Positions 24,844-36,309 of a DNA stretch of 64,000 bases are shown in pieces. The stretch's first letter is position 1. Every line of letters begins with the position of its first letter. The translations under genes and the position numbers were made by a program. Under the pieces are notes generated by a model. That model was not told the origin of the DNA. It saw only the letters and a list, made by a program, of their open reading frames with translations, and searched no databases. Source of the DNA: Basidiobolus meristosporus CBS 931.73 (lineage: Eukaryota > Fungi > Basidiobolomycota); contig MCFE01000262.1 in the NCBI GenBank assembly GCA_002104905.1, forward strand, positions 44,602 to 108,601, written 5' to 3'.

Positions 24844-25788
24844 TTAGTCTTCATTTGGGACAGGAATTCTACGGTTCCAATATTCCTCAAAAAGCTGCTG
24901 ACAACGTTCTTGGCCATTAACCCAACAGCCAGCAAAGTGAATGAGCAAATTTCCCTCCCTGTAGGAGTAAACTTCATCTTCGTCTCTGTATGAACCATTA
25001 TCAGGGAACGCGTTGATCAGATTCTGGGGAACAAAATAGAAATGCTCCGCGACATCTGGCCTGGTCTCGAACAGGTGTTGCATGGTTCCCTGCTCAGCAT
25101 AGCCAAACCTGGTTTTGTACTTGGGTTCGTAGATCAGACGTAAGAACTCCAGCGACCATTCAGTGTTTCGAATAAAAAAGCTTCCAGCATTGAAGCCGTT
25201 GATATCGTAGGCTATGATCAGATCCTTGTTGGCGTTTTCAGGTTTGGTTAGATTGGCAAGGACTCGATCTTCAAGAGGAACGGAATAGTCCATGAGAACT
25301 GTATCCACATCTATCCACCAGAACCATTTGATAGAGGGGTACATTTTCATAAATTTACGAAGAGACAATATCTTTCCCCAAGCCTGGAGAAAAAGAAATG
25401 GATCAGTCGTCATACTCAAGCTAGAAATAGAACAGTTACTTACAGCCCCTCTGCTTTTGTCGTAAACCCCGTCTTGCAAAAACCGATAGCCATGATATTT
25501 GGCGTATTCTTCCTTGTTGTCTCTCGAGCGAGGGAGGTAGTAGGATTCTTTGCTATCATAGGCCATAACCAAAGCAATCTCGGAGGGTTTTAGCTTGGGC
25601 AGGATCCCTGCCTGCTCAGGTGCTATCACCTGTTCGTCAGCTTGGCCAATCTGTGGCTGGTAGGTGTTTAGGAAGAGAAAAGTGAAAAGGGTGAATAACA
25701 CGAGAGCCACTGCCACAAACAGCGCTCTTTTTTTCCAGAAAGGGTTTCCGCCCGTTAAGCCAAGCTTGGTGTATTGAACATCAGTCAT
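24844..25788 (-). CDS. GT34 (Mnn10/Gma12-like) Golgi glycosyltransferase, single exon
   Basis: N-terminal TM helix, WGKILSLR, WFWWIDVD (DxD), D-x-NG-x-NAGSFFIRN, YAEQG, HFAGC. Confidence 0.88.
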   Translation of the reverse strand: MTDVQYTKLGLTGGNPFWKKRALFVAVALVLFTLFTFLFLNTYQPQIGQADEQVIAPEQAGILPKLKPSEIALVMAYDSKESYYLPRSRDNKEEYAKYHGYRFLQDGVYDKSRGAVSNCSISSLSMTTDPFLFLQAWGKILSLRKFMKMYPSIKWFWWIDVDTVLMDYSVPLEDRVLANLTKPENANKDLIIAYDINGFNAGSFFIRNTEWSLEFLRLIYEPKYKTRFGYAEQGTMQHLFETRPDVAEHFYFVPQNLINAFPDNGSYRDEDEVYSYREGNLLIHFAGCWVNGQERCQQLFEEYWNRRIPVPNED

Positions 25789-26525
25789 CCTCAGAATCAG
25801 CCTAGGGACGATGTGCAAAGGCACATATTTATATTGGAGTCGGCTTGGCGGGCCAGATCATCATGACGAGACTAGATATGCCAAATTAGGGATTCCGAGA
25901 GTCAACAAGAAGCGTATTAGAAGTTATAAAAAGAACAGCAGATCTTTATGGTGCAGACACCAATGGGATCTAAGCCAAGCCGAAATTAAACATCGTGAGA
26001 TCTGATCCACACAGCACACCTTCGCTGTCATCTTCGCGGCCTCTGAACCACCAACTTGGCCGCCAGTTGTGCAACACCGCATATAGTCATATATCAGTGT
26101 TAACCTGGGCCGCATATAGCCTAATGCCATTTGGATACCAGATTTTGAGCCGGAGTCATACATGATTTCGCGGCCCTCCGACCAGCTATATATATACCAC
26201 AGATGAGGCCTAACAGATACTGCATTGCGTGTTTGTTGATCCTCGCAATGTGGAGTTGGGTGCAGCCAATTCCCACAGACGAAATCGAAACAGCATTGTG
26301 TGTTTCTGTGAATGGGAAGAGCAATGTGGTTACTAGAGTTGACAATGAAAACCTCCGATGGTATTTGGTTGTTTGTTTTCTCAGAGATATCTCCGATGAA
26401 TAGGGTTTGGGATTGTCAAGATCGTCATTAATAACACCCCCATACCTGCATATGCCTATATTCTAGTCATCGCCATATAAGCCCAGGGCTTGTCCTTCCC
26501 AGCACCCAGATTTCCTTTGAACCAG

Positions 26526-27429
26526 ATGGATACTGAATCCTTCCGTTGTATCGAATGCCACAAAGGTACATCGCTCTGCCCATGCCACTTGAAGCTGAGT
26601 GTACTCACCCTCGTCTGATCTAGAATTCACCACCAAGTCCAACCTGAGGCGACACATGGAGAACCCGAACATCCACAACAAGCCGTATGAGCGTACAAGG
26701 GATCAGAAGCGGTGGAAGGATCACGAGAGGAAAAACCCTTCGCGACAGGAGTTATCGGAGCGCATGCGCAAGTGGCGAGCGGAGAATGCGGAGAAAAGTA
26801 GCGTGATGATTTCCGTTCTTGTCAGATGTTGATCCTAACCACCACTTTTCTCAGACAAAGATAACGATACCCGTTGCCGAGTCTATCGGTTGGCCAAGGT
26901 CAAGTTTGGGCCAGATTCCACGCCGGAGAAGCAAAAGTGGATCCAGGAGGAGATCAACAAGAGAATAAGCAGGCGAAAGCAGCGCGAGAAGCAGTACCAA
27001 ACCTATGGGAAGTTGCAAGAAGATCAAGCCTACTGCACCACCCCGGCGCCCTCCCCTTCGCTGGAGCGTTCGCTTGATCTCGCCTTGACTCCACTCCCGA
27101 CCAAGCTAACGCAAAACCCCGCTTCGACAGTACGGCTACCCGCAATATCCGAGCTACTGCTCCCAACATTTCAACCCAGCAAGCCTCCTCCCATAGCGCC
27201 CACTTCGAAGTCTAGCAACGTCTTTCCATCCTATGTCAGCAACCCTCAATCCGACACCTTGATAAGCGTGTGCCGGGATCTGAACGAACGTGAGTACGCA
27301 CACGGGCACGCGTGGCGTCAAAAGCTCGAGTTGTTGCAAACCTCGGCTGATCCAAGCCACTCCCGCACCAAGCATACATTGGACCAGTTCTGTTTGGACG
27401 TATTAGAATATGCCAAACTGCCGGTTTGA
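26526..27429 (+). CDS. C2H2 zinc finger plus DUF3020-like domain protein, 3 exons
   Basis: FRCIECHKEFTTKSNLRRHMENPNIH. RMRKWRAENAEKNKDNDTRCRVYRLAKVKFG...KQKWIQEEINKRISRR resembles the DUF3020 consensus as I recall it. Confidence 0.8.
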
Positions 27430-27845
27430 AACCACCCCATACTGCCAGTTAGAACCCACACCCATACTACATCCTTAGAGTAAGAGCTCCCTCCTTACAC
27501 CGAATTTTGCATATCCCGTTTGCTACGTCTACCATGATTTTTATTGATCATTAAAGTAATCTTATTCAAACGCTCGGCTGCCCTCGCTCCACCACCAAGT
27601 GGCTGCTGGTGATGATTTGGGAGAGTTGGGAGATTTGGTCATGTTCGCCAAATTATTTATATCCGATGATCTTGAGTATCGGCCTTCGGAAATCTGTGCA
27701 TTGAATCACTGGGGAAATTAATATCAACCCCCTCCCCTTCAAAAACATTGGATTCTTAGATATTTTCTCTTGTCAGTCATACCTGAACGTAATTTGTGTA
27801 GATTGCCAGCGCCCAAGACTGGTCTATAAATGCTTTTTCCACGCG

Positions 27846-30800
27846 ATGTTGACTGAAAATAGCTTAACAAATATACTGACTGTGGTACGTTCTTTGGCTA
27901 CTTTGTGAATTTCGTCTTTCCACGTTCTCGCTGATCGTAGGATGAAGCATCGAGTACACTGGAATACTCGTTTATACAACCAGCCTGCCTCCCAATTGTC
28001 TCTTTAGGACGTGATATTAACGTGATATTTGCGTTTCAAGGCCGGGATTTCCCAAATCAAATGGCAACGTTACGCCTGGACTTGCTCTCAAAACGGACTC
28101 TCCTCTTTTGTACAGCAAAAACCTCCTATAAATATTACCGCTCCTAGTGGCGATTTTTCTGAAGATCCCTTAATATCTGCTTATATATCTTTGTTGGATG
28201 CTGGCGTCCCGGCTTTGTGGAGGTACGCACTTCCACTTAACACAGGCGCACCACCAGATCCAAGTAAAGTCATTCGCGAACTCTGGGTGTTTTGGTTGTT
28301 CGATCCATCTGGCTCTCACAGTGATGCCCTGACGAAGCTACAAGGTATTTTTTGGTTCATTCGTCAACTTCCATATGCTTGGTTGTGCTCACGAAGCAAC
28401 CCAGAAATCCAATCAGGCTTTTTCAACTGGGACTCTCTGGTTCCTACTGCTGGGAATTCACTGTCTTCTTTGCGCAGCTCCGACCCTGCTACTAACACTC
28501 CGCTCGAGTACCAGCTTTTCATAAATGCTCTTCTCAACGTGATAGAAAGGTATGAGATTTTCTGGATATGTTCGGTAGGAGGTGCTAGGGTTCTCGCTAA
28601 TGTATCATCCACAAATAGGAGAATGGCGTTGAATGGTGCTGTTAGATTAGGGGAGGCGCATATTCTTCCAGCCTCAATATGCACTTGGTTAGACGATGTC
28701 GACAATACAAAGGAGCCCTCAATCGCTCAGTAAATTGACCATTTGATTTCACTCCCCCGCCATCCTTGCAGAACTAATAGTCCATTTTGCTCATAGAGCA
28801 ACGTCATGCACATTCAAGATCCATTTATCGTTCACGAATCTCGTATTCCAGCCCGTTGTGAAGAAGTCTCGCATACGCCCACTCTGTGAACGAGATATCG
28901 ACAAATTCAACGCTATAGAGAGATCCAAGCCACTTGAGAAAGAGCCCACAAACAACCAGATATCCAGCAAAATCCCACTCACAATACCAGCAAACAGAAG
29001 GCTAATGATATCGAAGGTAAAGTAATGACCCGGGAGCTACACCCTACCGCCGTTCTAAATGCGAGTATTTTTGATAGTGCTGATAGCACCACACGGTATG
29101 ACCGGTGTTCTACATTCCTCGACGGACCATCCCATCAACCGTAATGATATATTTCGAGAATGGTCGTTGTTGACCGGGGTTCCAGTTGACATATTAGAAG
29201 AGCACACCAAATCGAACCCAGGCTTACCTCCAGTGGTCTCGGTTAGGCTACAGCATAGTCAAGAAATCGCCTTTTGCCCAACATACTTCGTATTCGTCAA
29301 CGACTGTAAGCATGAAAGCTACACAGACTTTGGAATCAACTTCGATTCAGGGATTCAGGGGCTTGGTGAAGATGCGAGTGAAAAGCTTCGGCGATATGGC
29401 TGGAAAGAGAACATCACCCATCCTTCGTTCTATTTTGACAAGCTGAATCCTCTGGAGGAGGGAAACCCCAACATCACCCGATCCATCCTCATCGAGGCTG
29501 CAAAGTCTGGCAGTTTTCCACCAGCACCTACGTTGTTCAAATTTCTTGTTGAGCACCGCACGGTGAGTACTTCCAACAACCGTTTGTTGTGGGACTACCG
29601 AGATGACAGTGAAAACATTGTCCACGAAAGTCTGTCGCGATGTGCATTTCAGGACGAGCAAATACCAGTGGAGGAGGTTGAGGCTATACAAGCACAATAT
29701 AGAGTTGTGAAGGAGGATTTCAACACGGATAGCGCTTCACCACTCACCTCCCAAAGCCCGAATACGGAATTATTGGCCGCTAATGTTGGCTTCGACGCTG
29801 AAGCGCAAATGAACAACGTTTTCCAAACCGCCTCAGCCCCCATGATTGTGGATACAACTGTTGCTTCAAGGTGTGTGTTGCCCCTTAGCGAATGATATGT
29901 ATATCGTGCTAAACCCTTTTTTCATCTCTTCCAAGTACTGCCACTTCTGGTCACTTTACAACACCCGGAAGTCTCTCTACACCTGATGCGGCAAACACCG
30001 ATCGATATGGTGGCTGAGAATGGGCTATCCTCAGACCTTAACACTTTCCCAGGAATGCTCGATATGGACCCTATGATGATGGATACCATGATGATGTCCA
30101 GCTATGGCTATTCTGATCTGGACAATATGATGGTCACCGATGATGATTTTAACTTCTTTGATGAGGTATGCACACTTCACCTAACGGGAAGCAATCCGCC
30201 TTTCTAACCGCGTATTTCCCCTCACCACTAGCCCAAACTACCCACGCAGCCCACTAGCAATAATATGATGATGTCTACTGGGTTCGACACTTTAGACCTA
30301 TTTAACAATAATCCCAACCCCCCAGCAGTTCCACTAGTCAACCACGACCCAAGCATCGAGCCAAATTGCGAAGTAAAGGCTTCGGACTCCCCGGCGCTTT
30401 TGATCAAGGATGAATCTATTTCAGCTGATGTGGCCATAACACCGACCCTCGCATGTAAAACGCCAATCGGTGAAGCGGCGGAGAACGCTGCTGAGCCCAT
30501 ATCGGCTTCAGAGCCGGTGGTAAAGAGGGAGCCAATGGAGAAATCTGATGTATTGGTGGTGGATGATATATCGTATGAATCGTATGACCCGCATCTTCCA
30601 CCCGACTATTTGCCTATCAAGGGGATCAATTTCGATGTGAACAAGTACCGCGAGGGAGGTAGATTTGGGTTTCGCCCGTGTCGTCGTGTACGCATGAGGA
30701 GGACCATATACACAGCGAACTTCCACCCCAGAATTAGAAGGCTTGCGTACCTGAAAGCAAAGAAGAAGACTCTGGTCAAAGCTGGGGTCAACTCCATGAG

Positions 30801-33344
30801 CAACTACCAGATCGGGGCAGGTGTGAAAAATCCTACCGACCCGCAACCGCTGACGGTGTCCGACAGTAGCTCCAGCGGAAGCAGCAGCGACAGTAGTTCT
30901 AGCGAAGACGAATCCAGTGACGAGGGCGCAATAAGCTCCGATGACGACGGAGGCATCCCTGTGAAGAGCTACCGAACTGTCAACAGTGCTCGCTATATGA
31001 TGCTAATGGATCGCTTCCAACCGCGAGCCAACGAGCTGCTATCGGGACTAAACTACCCCAAAAACGGGAAATCCGAAGACATGAAGTTTAATCTAAACTG
31101 GTCCCTGATCTTCGGGATTTTGGAGGAGAATGAGCCGCGAGGCCAAACCACGTTGGTCGCGACGCCGAATGAGTTTAGATACGCGTTGTCGGATGGTTTG
31201 GTGCTGAACAAATTCCAGTATTTATTAGCCGTAGAGAGGTTGTGTCAGCAGGCCACCCTAGGGAATTATCCATTCGGCGGGGGAATCATCGATTTTACTA
31301 GCAATGGCGGTGAGGTGATTGACGGAGAATCTACGATGCTGATAGCTGAGCGATACAATCACATATCCCGCACCCTCAGCAAAGATCTCTCCAAGCACAA
31401 CACCTCGAGTGAAGCGTTGCCTGACTCCGTTCTGCGAGCCGTCCCTTTCTTGAAAAAGGTTCTTGGGGGCATGTTCACCTACACAAACGAGACGTCGCAG
31501 CAGGAGATGCTCGCGCTACGAGGCCCACTGTCTGTACAACAGTACCTCGGGCTTTACGATGTCCATCAAACTCAAGCCAAGTACGGGAAATACCAGGTGA
31601 AAAAGAGGAAATCGCAAGAACCGGTTCTGGACCCGTTGACCTCCCCGGATGTGATTGTCAAGCACGGCGGGGAGTGCATACAAGCGTCGCCCGTGATCCT
31701 TCGTTTCTGGGAGAAGATGAACCTGGAGCCATACGGTGGGAAGAAAAAGATCTCCTGGTTCACCATCTTCCCAGAGGGACCAGCTATGGAGCGTTCGGCC
31801 CAATGGTTCTTCACTCAGCTTGGGGTTATTTACGAAGCATCGTCGCTTGGTAGACACTACCCGGGACACCTTGACGGCCTTCGAGGAGGCATGATCTCGG
31901 CCCCGTTCAGCGATGGCCCGGGCAACCGAAGGTTGAGCGGCTATCTCGCTGCTTGTCGAAACCTTGGCCATGGGTTGAAACTGAATGGGCCACAGGACAG
32001 CCCGTTCATTGTTATCTACTTGGTCAATCCATTCAGCGAGCCGTCCTCGTATTTCGAGCTTTGCCACATTTTCAACGAGCTGGCTGCTCAGTGCAGCGGC
32101 GTGCCCGGGCTCATAGACCAACTGGTTCTGCAGATCATCCCGGCCGAGCACATCCTTAGGGCAAGCTCCTTTGGTGGATACCAACGGTTCGGGTTGAAGG
32201 AGGTCGCCTTTTCGGTATACAACCGTTGCCGGCAGTACCTCAACCGACCGGTCAACCCCATGGCCAACCCCGCGGCGGTGCCCAAAACGAGGGTCTTCCT
32301 TCCCGCCTACACCTTGGCCAAGATCACCCCGCCAACGGTGAACTACTCCTTCAAACCGATCGTCAACACCCGACATACCCTCATGGACCGGGAGAGGGAC
32401 CTCCACGTCGCCTACAGCTTCAGCTTCGATCAGAAATGGATGTTCGCGGTGTGGACGGACGGGCAAGGTGGCCTACTGGAGCACGCCACGTACGAGCTCG
32501 CCGACCGGAAGTCCTTCTCCGCCGCGCTACGAAGATTATGGCAGACCACGTGCGGCATGATCTCCGACAACGGGATGATCTGGACCGTTCACATCGGTCG
32601 ACTCGGGCTCATCCCGCACTTCGAGCTCACAGGTAAGAATTCCTCGGAACAGAACCTGGTATGAACATCGCCCCCCGCTAACCTTCACATGTGCCTTCCC
32701 CCCCCCTTGTAGAATGGAAGGAGATCACCAAGAACGGGCCCTATCTTCAACTCACCATCGGATGCATAGATCTGGATTCCCCCTTCAAACTTTTCCCCGA
32801 CGACGATGTGGTGGAGAGCGCGATGGAAGAGGCGGGGGAGATCACTGGGAACCGGCCGGAGGTCTTGGAGACATCCTCCGGGTCGACGTACGCGTTGCTG
32901 TGGAATCACCGCACACCCCTCAGCAGCGAATCCAGTCTGCTCCCCCTAGCGTCGGGCTCCCTAGTGGAGGTACCCCCCAGGAGCGGATCGGAGTTACGCG
33001 AGAGGCAGGTGTTCGAGCCGAAGGCGGTCGAGGTAAGCAAGCCAAGGGGAGGGATTGATTGTCACTCGATGGATGACTCAAACATTGGGTTTCTTTAGGT
33101 TCACCTGATGTACTACCGAGCCGGCCCCGGCTCCGGCTCCGGCCTGGGCACCGAGACGAACCCGGGCTCGGACCACCCGACCACCGGCATCAACCACCAG
33201 CAGGCCATGGGGATCCTTCGGAACCTGCTCAAGCAGTACCATGCCCTCTCTCACCTCAACTACGGCTCGTTCTGGGCGAACTGCCTACCGTACCACGTGT
33301 TCCTCGTCGAGCGACTCGCCCGGATCCTGCTCACCGTGCAGTAA
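27846..33344 (+). CDS. MED13: Mediator kinase-module subunit Med13, multi-exon
   Basis: MLTENSLTNILTV|AGISQIKWQRY N-terminus, NLVFQP...RIRPL, ILRFWEKMNLEPYGGKKKISWF, VIYEASSLGRH, VIYLVNPF, LHVAYSFSFDQKWMFAVWTD, C-terminal LPYHV. Confidence 0.9.
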
Positions 33345-33455
33345 GCGAGCCGGAGGGCGTGGGGTCGTCGGCCGTCGGACGTCGGACGTCGGTCGCGCGA
33401 GGGAACCGGGCTCGTACCCAGGCTGGCCGTCCAAAAATTTGTACATACCATGATT

Positions 33456-34135
33456 CTAGGAATATATCATTAAACCACGTTCAAACCGAAACTTCGGCCA
33501 ACCAGTACCCGTGCGTTGATTTTTATTTGAGTTCTCTTGGAAGGGTGGTGGTGGTGGAAGGAATAGGGGGTCGGGGAATGGTGTGTCGCATTCCAGTTGA
33601 CGACGTGCGGTCGGAGGGAGCGGCGTCGACCGGGTCAGCTCACTCGAGGGGTTCTGGAAGGGGGGATCCAGTTCATCCACACACAGAGACATCGCGTGGC
33701 TGTTGTACCCCTCTCCCCCCCCCTCTGGAATTCACCGAGATGTAAGCGCGCGATCGGGCAGGAAGAGCATGGGGAAGATCACCACAGCTGACCGCTCGCG
33801 CTGTTCAGGATGATCTTGCGCTTCTTCTTCCGGTTGGACACCTTCCTCTCGGGGTCATCCTGGGCCTGGGCCGGCTCGGGAGGGGAGTCGGGGCGAGTCG
33901 GTGTAGGGTGAATGGACGTGTCGACCGGGGGGAGGGATTGGGTGGGTGGGGGAATGACGGGTTGTCGGTCATACTGGTAGTCCATGGAATCTCCATTCGG
34001 GAGGAAGTCGACGGGGTAGGTCGGGGTCGGGGTCGAGGTCGAGGTCGAGGTGGTGGTGCAGTCAGTGACTAGAGACTCCACCACCACGGGGTTCGATAAC
34101 GCTTCGATGGCACGTTTGACGTGTAGATATGACAT
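33456..34135 (-). CDS. Hypothetical Pro/Thr-rich protein, about 203 aa, with NLS-like RKKKRK (intron 33792-33725)
   Basis: accATG at 34135. A GTCAGC...TTCCAG 68-nt intron joins two track ORFs in frame (343+269 = 612 nt). No family recognised. Confidence 0.55.
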
Positions 34136-34619
34136 GGTACGCGAAATGGAGACGTGAAAGGGAGGTAGAGTTGGAACGGGATCCCAAGAGTTTAAATGGA
34201 TCCACCAATACAACGGAAGGTTCCATTTCGACCTTCGATAGAAAGGGAATTTCCTCTCTGCCCCTAGGATGGCACGGTGATTTGGGAGGCCCATTCAGCA
34301 AGCAGCAACCCACTACCCGCAACCCACCTCGCCAATCCCAACCTACCCCACCCCCACCAGGGGAGGAAATCACGAATCAGATGGTTTCATCAAGGTGGGT
34401 TTTATTTCGTCTTTCTGGATGGTCACTTGGGTCTGGTAATTATCGAGCCTCACAAAGATCTACACTAGTTTGCCTTGATTGGAGGGGGGGGGGAGCCAAT
34501 CCGTTCTAGAATCACGCACTCTCTTATGAAGGATGTAGGGCGAAGCCACTTGGGCGGCTGCTTTGGGTACAGACGGAGTGGCTGAGGGAGGGCGAGGGCA
34601 GTGGACCGCGTTACAAATC

Positions 34620-35435
34620 TTAAGAACGTCTCATGGACTCCTTCTTGCGCTTCGTCTCCATGTTGCGATCCTTCCAGGTGCTCTTGCGAAGCTTGATCGG
34701 TCGGTTACCAACGTATTTGCCTGGGTGGTGAGAAGAGGAAGGAGGAGGGGTTAGAACGAAGGCTAGATCACGAGCCGAATGGGTTGGCGTGCTTACCGTT
34801 CATCTCCTTCCACGCCTTGGCGAAGTCGGCCGGGTCTCGGAAACTCAAGAAACCGTAGCCTTTGGACTTGGTAGACCGTTTGTCCCGGACCACCTTCACC
34901 TTCAGCAGGCTGGGGTACTTCGAGAAGGCTTTCTCCAGCATGTCTTCTGTCACCTCGTTGCCAAGATCCCCGGCGAACAACCGATAATCGTCTGAAAGGT
35001 AAGGGGAGGGTTAGTACGGTCCGTGCCGGTCAAGTGTCCCGGGGAAGAAAACCACTTACTGTCCTCCCACTCCGCCAGCGTTTGGTCCTCCCACACCTCA
35101 CCCGCGGCCGCCCGATAAATCGCCTTACGTTTCTTCTTGCTGTTCTCCTTGTCCTGTTGCTCAGGGGGCACGTAGGAGCCTTGATCGTAACCTAGGGGAA
35201 GGGAAGGTGGGATGTAGTACGGGACGGTTGGGGTGTACGTGGCGGTGGCAGCGGTGGAATAGTACGAGTTAGGGTAATACCCGTATTGCGAGTAGTAACT
35301 AGCGTCGGCCCCTTGGTACGCCGAGTAGTCGTAGCCGTAACCGTAACCTGCACCGCTCGCGTCGGATGTCCCTGCGGCAGAGGCGGTATAACTGGTATCG
35401 GGGTTCAATTGGTCTGCCCCTCTCTTGTTCGACAT
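34620..35435 (-). CDS. RBM42: RBM42-like RRM protein, 3 exons
   Basis: RAAAGEVWEDQTLAEW, DYRLFAGDLGNEVT, SKGYGFLSF, EMNGKYVGNRPIKLRKSTWKDR. Confidence 0.9.
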
Positions 35436-36309
35436 GGTTGAAGTGAAGTGCGGCGAAGCGAAACGACGTCTATATTTCTATGGGGTTTGCGTGAATGCAA
35501 GATGCGTGGCAACAAATTGGTATCCTGATGTCCACCTCCTGGCGAATTCCATGAGGGATCACGTGGCTCGGCGGAATTGATCCCTGAATCATCAAACATG
35601 GAGACCCGGAAAACGAGATAGATTCGGACCAATGGCACGGCTTCCCCATGAAAAAGAAAAGAAAAAAAAACGGCCAGGGATGTAGCACCCTGCACAATGC
35701 CCAGTATAAATATGCCACGTCCAGGCAACGTAGAACCTCACCTTCAGCAAGCAGTCGATTCTACCTCAGGTAAATATCACTCCACCACCACCCAGTATTG
35801 GATACCGGCAAGATTGCAGTATGATGAATTATGTTTGGTCCGTGTTTCTGAGGCGGCGTAAGACCCCGCTATATGAATACACCAATTTCTAAACCATCTG
35901 ACCCGAATTCTCGCCTTATCAATACGCACTACGACGTACTTTTTCTCGACTCGATCTAATCCGTCTCTTTAATTTCAGGATCGCCGTGTATATACTTCGT
36001 GGTGTTTACTTGTACAAAAGAATGAATAAAAATCACTTTTAAAAAACAATCCTTTCTCCCATCGAGTATGCTTTATGTGATGATCAACTGAGCAATGGAA
36101 CAGTGGTTTGGAAAGTATTCTGTTTATTATTCATTAACCACCCGAGCTTATCAAACAATATTCGCGTATGTAAGAAATGAAAGTTTATATGGAACAGTTG
36201 AAGAATTATATTAGCTAAAGTTCGGAACATCTTGGGACAAAAATATTTCGCTAAGAAGGGTCGATAAATATTGTTGGTATGGGTTGGGTCGGTGGAGACG
36301 GGTGCCGAA

